DNA of 62,465 bases, filler included, from Chiloscyllium plagiosum (lineage: Eukaryota), in assembly GCF_004010195.1 (NCBI RefSeq). It is 4 parts of one record of this genome, joined end to end, with 100 filler letters (N's around TTAATTAATTAA, not from the genome) between each part and the next. Parts side by side here need not be neighbours in the genome. Positions count along the whole stretch, not along the records: positions 16,595 to 43,473 come from NC_057716.1; 3 more parts are not named here. The stretch is one strand, 5' to 3'. The translations under genes were made by a program, and so were the position numbers. Position 1 is the first letter of the stretch. Every line of letters begins with the position of its first letter. Positions 26,163-37,549 of this stretch are shown one piece after another. A model generated the notes under the pieces. That model saw only the letters and a list, made by a program, of their open reading frames with translations, did not search any database and was not told the DNA's origin.

Positions 26163-28465
26163 AATAAGACAGGGCAGGTGACTGAGGTATCAGTGAGGGA
26201 GCACTTTGGGGCCAGCTACCATAATTCTACTGGTTTTAAAATAGTGATGGAAAAGGATAGACTGGATCTAAAAGTTGAAGTTCAAATTGGGGAAAGGCTA
26301 ATTTTGATAGTATTCGGCAATAACTTTAAAAAGCTGATTGGGGGCAGATGTTCGCAGGTAAAGGGACAGCTGGAAAATGGGAAGCCTTCAGAAATGAGAT
26401 AACGAGAGTCCAGAGACAGTATATTCCTGTTAGGGTGAAAGGAAAGGCTGGTAGATATAGGGAATGATGGATGATTAGAGAAATTGAGGGTTTGGTTCAG
26501 AAAAAGAAGGAAGCATATGTCAGGTATAGACAGGAGAGATCAAGTGAATCCTCAGAAGAGTAATCCTTAAGACGGAAATCAGGAGGGCAAAAATGGGTCA
26601 TGAGATAGCTTTGGTAAATAGAATTAAGGAGTATCCAAAGGGTTTTTATAAACACATGAAGGACAAAAAGTTAACTAGGGAGAGAATAGGGCTCCTCAAA
26701 GATCAGCAAGGCAGCCTTTGTGTGGAGCCGCTGCAGATGGGGGAAGATACTAGACAAGTATTTTGCATTAGTGTTTACTGTGGAGAAGGACATGGAAGAT
26801 GTACAATGTAGGGAAATAGATGGTGACATCTTGAAAAATGTCTGTATTACAGAGGGGGAGGTGCTGGATGTCTTGAAATGCATAAAAGTGGATAAATCCC
26901 CAGGACCTGATCAGGTGTATCCTAGAGCTCTGAGGGAAGCTAGAGAAGTGATTGCTGGCCCCCTTGCTGAGATATTTGTATCATCGATAGTCCCAGGAGA
27001 GGTGCCGGAAGACTGGAGGTTAACTAATATGGTGCCACTGTTTAAGAAAGGTGGTAAGGACAAGCCAGGGCACTATAGACAGGTGAGCCTGACATCTGTG
27101 GTGGGCAAGTCATTGGAGGGAATACTCAGGGACAGGATTTCTACATATTTGGAAAGGCAAGGACTGATTGGGGATAGTCAACATGGCTTTGTGCATGGGA
27201 AATCATGTCTCACAAACTTGATTGAGTTCTTTTAAGAAGTAACAAGGAGGATTGATAAGGGCAAAGCGGTGGACATGATCTATATGGACTTTAGTCAGGC
27301 ATCCGACAAGTTTCTCCATGGGAGACTGGTTAGCAAAATTAGATCTCATCGAATACCGGGAGAACTAGCCCTTTGGATATAGAACTGGCTCCAAGGTAGA
27401 AGACAGAGGGTGGTGGCAGAAGGTTGTTTTTCAGACTGGAGGCCTGTGACTAGTGGATTACCACAAGGATTGCTGCTGGGTTGGGTCCACTTTTTTTTCT
27501 TTTTATATAAATGATTTGGCTGTGAACATGGGAGAAATCGTTAATAAGTTTGCAGATGATACCAAAATTGGAGTTGTAATAGACAGTGAAGAAGATTACC
27601 TCAGATTACAACGGGATCTTGATCAGATTGGCCAATGGACTCAGGAATGGCAGATGGAGTTTAATTTAGATAAATGTGAGGTGTTGCATTTTGGGAAAGC
27701 AAATCTTAACAGGACTTATACACTTAATGGTAAGGCCCTAGGGAGTGTTGCTGATAAAAGAGACTTTGGAATGCAGGTTCATAGCACCTTGAAAGTGGAG
27801 TTGCAAGTAAATAGGATAGTGAAGAAGGCGTTTGGTATGGTTTCCTTTATTGGTCAAAATATTGAGTACAGGAGTTGGGAGATCATGTTGCAGCAGTACA
27901 GGACATTGGTTAGGCCACTGTTGGAATATTGCATGCAATTCTGGTCTTCCTTTCGAGGGATGTTGTGAAACTTGAAAGGGTTCAGAAAAGATTTACAAGG
28001 ATGTTGCCATGGTTGAAGGATTTGAGCTCTAGGGAGAGGCTGAATATGCTGGGGCTATTTTCTCTGGAGTGTCGGAGGCTGAGGGTTGACCTTATAAAGA
28101 TTTATAAAATCATGAGGGGCATGAATTGGGTAAATAGAAAAAGTCTTTTCCCTGGGGTTGGAGATTCTAGAACTAGAGGGCATAGGTTCAGGATTGGAGG
28201 AGAAACATATAAAAGGACCTAAGGGACAACTTTTTCATGCAGAAGGTAGTGTATGTATGGAATGAGCTGCCAGAGGAAGTGGTGGAGGCTGGTACAATTG
28301 CAACATTTTAAAAAGCATCTAGATGGGTATATGAATTGGAAGAGTTTAGAGGGATATGGGCCAAGTGCTGGCAGGTGCGACCAGGTTAGGTTGGGATATC
28401 TGGGTGGCATGGACGAGTTGGACCGAAGAACTGTGTTTCCATGCTGTACATCTCTGACTGTGACT

Positions 28466-29380
28466 CCACTTTCAGTGAATCATGCACCTGAACTCCAAGA
28501 TCCCTCTGTTCTACTACACTTCTTTATGTCTTACCATTCACCATGAAACTCCTACCTTGATTTGGCTTTCCAAATTGCAAGACTTCACACTTATCAATAT
28601 TAAATTCCATTTGCCATTTCTCAGCCCACTACCCCAGCTGATCAATGCCTTGCTGCAATTTCTGATAACATTCCTCATTGTCCACAATACCACCTATTTT
28701 AGTGTCATCTGCAAACTTACTAATCATGCCTTGTATATTTTCATACATATGATTAATATGGTGAACAAACAGCAATGGCCCAGCACCAGCCCCTGAGGCA
28801 CGCCACTGGTGATAGTCTGATAAGCATCCTTCCGCAATTATCCTCTGCTTCCTACCATCAAGCCAATGGTGTATCCAATTTGCCAGCTGTCCCTGGATTC
28901 CATATTATCTAACCTTCCAGAGCAGCTTTCCATGCAGAAACTTATTGAAGGCCTTATGTAGACTAAGTCTACCGCCATGCCCTCATCCATCTTCCCAGTC
29001 ACTTCATCAAAGAACTCCCAACAAATTTGTGAGGTATGATTGCCCATGAACAAAGCTGTGCTTACTACTCTCATCAAACCAGAATCTTTTCATGTAACTT
29101 ACCTTCCACAGGTTATTAGGCTTACGAGTCTATAGTTCCCAGGTTTTTCTTTGCAGCCCTCCTTGAATAAGGGCACAATGTTTGCTACCCTCCAGTCTTC
29201 CGGGACTTCATCCATGGCTAACGATGATGCAAAAATATTCGCCAGGGCCCCCGCAATTTCTTCTCTATCCTTTTGCAGGGTTCTTGGATATATCTGGTCA
29301 GGACCAGGAGATTTATCCACCTTCATGCATTCAAATATGTCCAACATCTTCTGTACTGTGATATGGGCTGTCCCCAAGAT
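28466..29380 (-). mobile_element. CR1 RT fragment
   Basis: KSPGPDQIYPR..PEDWRVANIVPLFK..NYR. Confidence 0.85.
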
Positions 29381-29384
29381 CACA

Positions 29385-29850
29385 GCGAGGGCTGGGAGGG
29401 GAAGACATTCTTGGTGGTGGGTACTGGTTGGAGTTAGCAGACGTATTTGAAGATGATATGTTAGATGTTTGGATTAATGGGGTAGAAAGTGAGGACAAAG
29501 GGGAGCCCTGTCTTTGTATTCAGAGGGGAGGAAGATTAGAGCAGTGGAGCAGGGACTGGAGGAGGTGCAGTGGAGGGCTATCTGGATACCAGAAAGGGGA
29601 AAAGCATCTTTAAATTAGGTTGGGAGGGGCACATCACCTCATCAGAGCAGATGTGACAGATACTGAGGAATTGGGAAAACGGAATGGAGTTTTTGCAGGA
29701 TACAGGATTGGAGAAGGTGTAATCCAGGTATTTATGCAAGTCTGTGGGTTTGTAGTGAATGCTAGTTCATAAACTGTTGCTGGCGATGGAAACTGAGAGG
29801 TCAAGAAAAAGGAGGGAGGTGTCCAAAATAGACCAAGTGAATTTAAAGGC
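29385..29850 (-). mobile_element. Degenerate Neptune-type PLE fragment (RT thumb to GIY-YIG)
   Basis: The minus strand reads KPTDLHKYLDYTFSNPVSCKNSIPFSQFLSICHICSDE. Confidence 0.65.
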
Positions 29851-30530
29851 AGGTTGTATGGGATCGAAGCCAGCTGGACACTAGAGTTAAAGTGGGCCAT
29901 GACCGGCCTCTCAAAGCACTTCATGATTAGTGAGGCCAGAGCCCCTGTATGGAACTCATTTAAGGCTAATGACATGTGCTTTGTTAGGTACGGGGTTGGC
30001 AGCCTCCTTTAAAGCAGGTGGGGACTATGGCTTGTAGTAGGAAGAGATTGAAGATGTTGATGAATATCTTCGCCAGTTGGTCCCCAAGGGATCCGAGTAC
30101 TTAGCCAGGTACACCATCTGGGCCTATCGCTTTCCTTGCGTTGACTCCCAGGAAGGCTGATCTGATGTCTTCAGTGGTGAGTGAGGGAACAGGTGTGTCT
30201 GGAGCTGTCAGGGCAGGCATCACTCCATTGGCATTCTGCTCAAATTGGGCATAGAAAGCATTGAGCGCATCAAGGAGGGATGTGCCTTTGTCCGCTGTCT
30301 TGCTCTGCTTCATTTTGTATCCCATAATGTTGTTTTAGGCATTGCCGTAGGTGTTGGGTGTCTGGTAGGTGGGGGTCTCTCATCTGGTCCAGTACTGCCT
30401 CTTGGCATCTCTGATGGCTTTGAGGAGGTCATTATCTGGATTTCTTGTATTGACCTGGGTCATCTGACTTGAATGCTGCACACCTGACCTTCAGTAGGGA
30501 GTGGATTTCCAGATTCATCCAAGCTTTACA
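29851..30530 (-). mobile_element. Rex-Babar-like LINE fragment
   Basis: SLLDALNAFYAQFEQN, ARKAIGPDGVPG and ALASLIMKCFER motifs. Confidence 0.75.
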
Positions 30531-30926
30531 GTTGGCTTTAGTCCCATCACAAAAACAACCTAAACAGTTCTGGTCTACATCCTGACTGGCCCTGTTATTC
30601 AATCCCGAAACATCCAGAGAGGCTGTCCTCAATCACTCCTTGTATTCTAACACATCCTAAGTACCTTTCTGTTGGCAGGTATTTGTCTTTTCCTGGTTGG
30701 TCTTGACTGGACTAAACTCCAATCTCCCTTCCTCTTCTAATCTATGTCCATCTTCTCTTAAGGCATCCCTGACCTTTCTAACAAGCTGTCAGCATGCACT
30801 GACAAGGATCATAACATTTAGTATCTGTTCAATGGGTGCAGACTGTAGATCCCCTTCAGCCTTTAAGCCTTTAGGCCTCCCCTTTTGGTGGCGGGTGTAG
30901 TCCTTTGGACCATTTGTCCACCATCC

Positions 30927-31094
30927 AAAATAAGGAGGGGATCACTTCTAATGCCTGAATATTATCTTTTCAATGGTTTTTTTGTATATATGTGGATCTG
31001 TAGCTACAATGGGATCTATATCTATGATCATCTGAAGAATTGTAACTGAAACCTACTCTTAATATTGTAACAGGTTGATTAAATAATTCAAAAG
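30927..31094. repeat. 168-bp direct repeat, copy 1 (copy 2 at 32278-32445)
   Basis: aaaataaggaggggatcacttcta...gattaaataattcaaaag occurs twice, with about 10 substitutions counted by eye. Confidence 0.95.
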
Positions 31095-32277
31095 CAGCGT
31101 TGAGTCCTGTCTGTATCAGTCGGCCCAATCTTATTTGTATTTGATCCTCCCTGCTCCTTCAGTTTTTTGCTGGGACAGGGTTTTGCATTCCTTGGTCCAT
31201 CAGGGGGCTAAACAGGTCTCTCGTCGTTGCTGAGTCAGCAGAAGATTAGGCTCTCAGTTCATATTTCGCTTTCCAATTGCCTTAGCAAGGTGTGGAGCAG
31301 TCTTCTAATGAGCTCCAGGGTAGTAGGATTAGGAGAGCTTGGTTGGGGATCTGGATTCTTTTGTCAGGACGTTTCTTCCCATTCTTCCAGGCTCCTTTTG
31401 GTGCATTTCAATTCCTCTCAGACACCTATTATTGGCTTTTCAACTCTGTCATGACTTGACTTCTGTGTTATCTCCTTCCATTGTCAGAGCTGTCCCATTA
31501 GAATGAGGAACCACCTTATTCATTCTTTCATGCATGTGATCCTTCCTCAGACCCTTTTTAATATCATCCCAAGACCATTGTCCCATGAAGGTGTTGTACT
31601 TTTGCTTGATTTCCACAGAGGTTATAGGTGGGTCGATTTGTTATTTTGGATATATTCCTTCAAGTTCTGTAAAATTTCATCATTTGATATATCAGGTGGG
31701 GCTTGCCCACCCTTTGTTGTTGTGGGAAGTTCTTGTCTCGTTTACCCTGTCATTATTTCTTATGATTATCAGTTTCAATGGGTCTCGAGTTATAGGCTAG
31801 CCATATAGTCAGAGGGCCAGAGATATTATTTTCTCTGCCAAGTTAGACATCTGTTAAGGGACCTGGAGCTGGATACCATTTGGAGAATTTTGTAATTTTG
31901 TGGAGGATAGACCAAATTGAGACAACGACCAAGAACATTTAAAAGGAGAAGAAAATACCCCCAGCGGTTGGCATGGATCTGTTGTCTGACATTTGGTCCA
32001 GTGACCCTGCTAGCAGCACCAAGTTGTTCGATCTCATATTTTCCAATTAGAGTCTGAATCCAGTGGTTGATTCAGGTACAACTTTGTGACAGCTACAGAC
32101 TTCCTTTGCAGTAAGCTGCACACAAACTTTAGATTATGTACAGTTAAAACTGTATACGCCCCCTTTTGATATTATTGGTCAGCAGCACCAGATTATCCTT
32201 GTGATTGGCTCTCTGTTACATCTTAGAGATGGACAGACTAGTGGTCCAGTCCTGGTCATGATGTTTTTACAGACTTT

Positions 32278-32445
32278 AAAATAAGGAGGGGATCACTTCT
32301 ACTGCCTGAATATTATCTTTTTAATGATTTTTTTGTATATATGTGGAGCTATAGCTACAATGGAATCTCTATCTATGAATGTCTGAAGAATTGTAACTGA
32401 AACCTACTCTTAATATTGTAACAGGTTGATTAAATAATTCAAAAG
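32278..32445. repeat. 168-bp direct repeat, copy 2
   Basis: Matches 30927-31094. Confidence 0.95.
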
Positions 32446-33687
32446 AAGAACTACTTTGTTCTTTTCTATGTAAGAAATTGCAGCTGCACATTCTATCTCA
32501 GCCAGTAACCTTACAGAGCTGCTATTGCCGACTTGCTGAGGCTACATTAAGCAAATACTTTCCCATACGCTGTAACTATTGTCAGCAATATTCTGCAGAG
32601 TTTGTTTTGGCAATTGTCAACCATTTTGTGCTCATGGGCAGCCTTAACACCTAGTCATCTGATCGCACCTATCTGTGACCCATTGCAATGTGGTTAATTA
32701 CTGGCTGATTTTGAAATGGCCCAGACAGTTACTCAGTTGCAGGGGCATGAGAGTCATCTCCTTGAATTTTTTTTGTGTTACAGGTATTTTGTAACTAGGC
32801 CTACTACGGAGATGTTCTTACACACCTCTGGAGCAGGTGGGACATGAACCAGAGTCTGCTGGTCCAGAGGTAGGGACACTATCATGGCACCCCAAAAGCT
32901 CTGAATCACATCTCCTTCATTGTCCCTCTTTTCCTCCCTTCTGTGGTTCTCTTCTTGTCTGCCTTCTCGGACTCTTGGCCTCAAACATCTGACCCCAGCC
33001 TCTGACTGCCGGCCTCTAAAACTGGGTCAGTGGTTGGCCGTCCAGAGCAGTGTGGGTCAGCCAGCGGACTGGTGTGGAAGTGTGATGGCAGCCAGTGGTC
33101 CGACCATTTGGAAGCCAAATGCACTGATCTGCTGCTGGAAGCCAAATGCACTGATCTGATGCAGAAAGCCCTTGGAGAGAGATTGTGATATTTGTCTTTT
33201 TAACTTGGCTTCTTGTTTTTCTGACCTTTGGTTATACGATATATAGCTGTAATATAACCTTTCTCTTCATTCCTCTATTATGTAACCAGGGATTATACCC
33301 ATGTACTTTGTACCTAAGATGGCACCATGTGTTGGTGACATTGTTATGCTGTAACTAATTTTGTAACAAAGAAGCTGTACCTAGATACCCTTGTCCCTAA
33401 GATGGTGCTGTAAGTGGCAACTTAAAACTTTTCACTGTACTCACTTGACAATAAAGCTAATTCATTCATGAAGGGATCCTTAATGGCTGGTGGTTTAATG
33501 GGAGTTAGGTGAAGGGAACAAACAATCGGTCTCATGACCAACATGAGCTCAGAGAGGGTTCACTGGGGAATAGGAAATAAATAAGAAAAAAGATACAAGT
33601 TCAGGGTAGAGTGGAGCGAGCTTTAGAGGATGTTTGACCCATTGGCCTTAGCAAAAGTCAAGGAAGTAGCAGAGGCAATCTCAATCT

Positions 33688-36600
33688 TAGAACATAGAAC
33701 AGTGCAGCACAGAACAGGCCCTTCAGCCCACGATGTTGTGCCGACCATTGATCCTCATGTATGCACCCTCAAATTTCTGTGACCATATGCATGTCCAGCA
33801 GTCTCTTAAATGTCCCCAATGACCTTGCTTCCACAACTGCTGCTGGCAACGCATTCCATGCTCTGTCAATTCTCTGAGTAAAGAACCCACCTCTGACATC
33901 CCCTCTATACTTTCCTCCAACCAACTTAAAACTATGACCCCTTGTGTTAGCTATTTCTGCCCTGGGAAATAGTCTCTGGCTATCAACTCTATCTATGCCT
34001 CTCATTATCTTGTATACCTCAATTAGGTCCCCTCTCCTCCTCCTTTTCTCCAATGAAAAAAGTCTGAACTCAGTCAACCTCTCTTCATAAGATAAGCCCT
34101 CCAGTTCAGGCAGCATCTGGTAAACCTCTTCTGAACCCTCTCCAAAGCATCCACATCTTTCCTATAATAGGGCGACCAGAACTGGATGTAGTATTCCAAG
34201 TGTGGTCTAACCAAAGTTTTATAGAGCTGCAACAAGATCTCACGGCTCATAAACTCAATCCCCCTGTTAATGAAAGCCAAAATACCATATGCTTTCTTAA
34301 CAACCCTGTCCACTTGGGTGGCCATTTTAAGAGATCTATGTACCTGCACACCAAGATCCCTCTGTTCCTCCACACTGCCAAGAATCTTATCCTTAATCCT
34401 GTACTCAACTTTCAAATTTGACCTTCCAAGATGCATCACCTCACATTTATCCAGGTTGAACTCCATCTGCCACCTCTCAGCCCATCTCTGCATCCTGTCA
34501 ATGTCCGGCTGCAGCNTCTGTATCCAGACAGCTAAGTTCCCCTGTATCCCATTCCTCCTGACCTTCTGAATAAGCCTACCATGGGAACCTTATCAAATGC
34601 CTTGCTGAAGTCCATATACACCACATCCACAGCTCGACCTTCATCAACTTTTCTAGTCACATCCTCAAAGAACCCGATAAGGTTTGTGAGGCATGTGGCT
34701 GCATTTAATCAAGCCATGCTCTTCTAGATGGTCATAAATCCTATCCCTCAGAATCCTTTATAACACCTTGCAGACGACAGATGTGAGACTTACTGGTCTG
34801 TAATTGCCAGGGATTTCCCTATTTCCTTTCTTGAAGAGAGGAATTACATTTGCCTCGCTCCAGTCCTCAGGTACGACTCCAGTGGAGAGCGAGGATGCAA
34901 AGATCTTCAAAAGTGGCGAAGCAATCGCATTTCTCGTTTCCCAAAGCAGCCGAGGACAAATCTGGTCCGGGCCTGGCGACTTGTCAATCTTAATGTTTGA
35001 CAAAATTTTCAGCACATCAGCTTCCTCTATATCTATCCATTCCAGCATGCACACCTGCTCTTCAAAGGTTTCATTCACTACAAAGTTCATTTCTTTCGTA
35101 AAGACAGAAGCAAAAAACTCATTTAGGGCTTCCCCTACCTCCTCAGACTTCACACAAAAGTTCCCTAAGCTATCCCTGATCGGCCCTACTCTTTCTTTGA
35201 CCATTCTCTTATTCCTCACATAAGTGTAAAATGCCTTTGTGTTCTCCCTAATCCGTTCTGCTAAGCCTTCCTTGTGCCCCCTCCTGGCTCTCCTCAGATC
35301 ATTTTTGAGCTCCTTCCTTGCCTGCCTGTAATCCTCTAGAGCTGAACTTGACCCTAGCTTCCTGCACCTTATGTAAGCGATCTTCTCCTTTTTGACGAGA
35401 AGCTCCACCGCTCTCGTCATCCAAGGTTCCTTTATCTTACCCCTTCTTGCCTGTCTCAGAGGACATATTTATTCATCACTCGCAACAACTGTTCCTTAAA
35501 CAGTCTCCACATGTCTATAGTGCCCTTTCCATGGAGCAATTGCTCCCAGTCCATGTTTCCTAACTCATGTCTAATCGCATCATAGTTTCCTCTTCCCCAA
35601 TTAAATATCCTCCCATTTTGCCTAATTCTCTCCTCCTCCATAGCTATGTAGAATGTGAGGCAGTTGTGGTCACTATCACCAAAATGCTCTCCCATCACAA
35701 GATCTGATACCTGCTCCGGCTCGTTTCCGAGCACCAAGTCTAGAATGGCCTCTCCCTTCGCCGGCCTGTCAATGTACTGAGCTAGGAAACCCTCCTGAAT
35801 ACACCTTACAAAAACAGCTTCATTCAAATCTTCTGCTCGAAGGAGGTTGCAATCAATATTGGGAAAGTTAAAGTCACCCATTACAACAACCCTACTGCAT
35901 CCACCCTTTTCCAAAATCTGCCAACCTATGCTTTCTTCAATCTCCCTGCTGCAATTGGGCGGCCTGTAGTAAACCCCTAATGAGGTGACTGCTCCCTTGC
36001 TGTTCCTAATTTCCACCCATACTGACTCGGTAGGCAGATCTTCATCGACAATGGAAGCTTCTGTAGGTGTGATACCCTCTCTGATTAGTAGTGCTACACC
36101 CCCTCCTCTTTTTTTCCCCTCCCTATTCTTTTTAAATGCTCTAAACCCTGGAACATCCAGCAACCATTCCTGCCCCTGAGAAACCCATGTCTCTGTTATG
36201 GCCACATCATCATAGCACCAGGTACTGATCCATGTTCTAAGTTCATCACTTTTATTCCTGTTACTCCTTGCGTTAAAGCAAACACACTTTAACTGATCCC
36301 TTGGTTCCTTCCCAGGAAAATCCTTCCCACTAGCTGGACTACTTCTTGCTATTGCTTCATCTGCATCAGCTCTCACCTCCGGTATGCAGTTCACGTTCCC
36401 ACCCCCCCTGCCATACTAGTTTAAACCCTCTCGAACTACTCGAGCAAACTTTCTGCCCAGGACATTGGTCCCCTTCAAGTTCAGATGCAACCCATCCTTC
36501 TTGTACAGGTCCCACCTTCCCCAGAAGGCATCCCAATTATCTACATATCTGAAGCCCTCCCTCCTACATCGGCTGCGCAGCCACGCGTTAAGCTGCGCCC

Positions 36601-37475
36601 GCTCCCTGTTCCTCGCCTCGATATCTCGTGACACCGGTAGTAAACTAGAGAACACTACTCTGTTCGTCCTGCTTTGCAGTTTCCATCCTAACTCCCTGAA
36701 ATCACTTTTTATATCCTCAATCCTTTTTCTGGCTATATCATTAGTGCCAATATGTAACACGATTTCTGGCTGTTCGCCCTCCCCTTTTAGAACCTTATAC
36801 ACCTGATCAGAGTCGTCCCGGACCCTGGCACCAGGGAGGCAACATACCTTCCGGTATGTTCCGATCCTGACCACAAAATCTCCTGTCAATTCCCCTAACT
36901 ATCGAGTCCCCTACCACAAGTACTTTTCTATTCTGCCCCCTTCCCTTCTTTGCCACAGTGTCAGGCTCAGTGCCAGAGAACTGATTACTATGGCTTTCCT
37001 CTGGTAGGTCATCCCCCCAGCAGTATCCAAAACGGTATGCTTATTGCTGAGGGGAATGTCCACAGAGGATTTCTGCACTGTCTGTCTGTCCCCTTTCCTC
37101 CCCCTAACTGTAACCCATCTTTCCTTGTCCCGAGCCTTAGGAGTGACCTACTCCCGGTAACTCCTCTCAATTACCCCCTCAGCCTCCCGAATGATCCATA
37201 GTTCATCCAGCTCCAGCTCCAATTCCCTAACACTGTTTTCAAGGAGCTGGAGTTGGATGCACTTCCCACAGATGTAGCCAGCGGAGACGTGTGCCATGTC
37301 TCCCACCTGCCACATTACACAGGAGGAGCTAGCAACTGCCCTAGCATCCATACCCCAGTTATCTGAACACCCGCTCACTACTAAAGTAGAAAGCTTAGTT
37401 CAAGTTGCTATAAAATTAATAACAAATTTATATTCAATAGAGGAAGTTTAGAATGAACCTTACCTTATTAACTAG
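33688..37475 (-). mobile_element. Near full-length CR1 (element D)
   Basis: ORF1 CxxW..YICGKC zinc finger and coiled coil, esterase IVLHIGTND..DGLHLN, APE AITETW..MGDFN..SDHN, RT with an internal deletion, and a (ttcta)n-type tail. Confidence 0.92.
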
Positions 37476-37549
37476 GTTATCTTGGTGACAAATGCGTCAC
37501 TAAGGGAACATAATTATAATGTTCATTACCTCAATGTTTCAAATTGTTG

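Larger units (their letters stand above)
18812..28465 (+). mobile_element. Near full-length CR1 (element A): 5' UTR, ORF1 zinc finger plus esterase, APE, RT; interrupted by nested insertions
   Basis: ORF1 MALSRVICSPCKMWE, VHIETND, DGLPLNWKG. The APE domain breaks at LDLLLG (about 21372) and resumes at NKTGQVTEVSVREHFG (about 26163). RT and 3' UTR run to 28465. Confidence 0.88.

Noticed and set aside
31025..31080. CTGAAGA..GAAAcct..aggtt in the 168-bp repeat as a retrozyme hammerhead
   Set aside because: Stems I and II do not pair in either copy.
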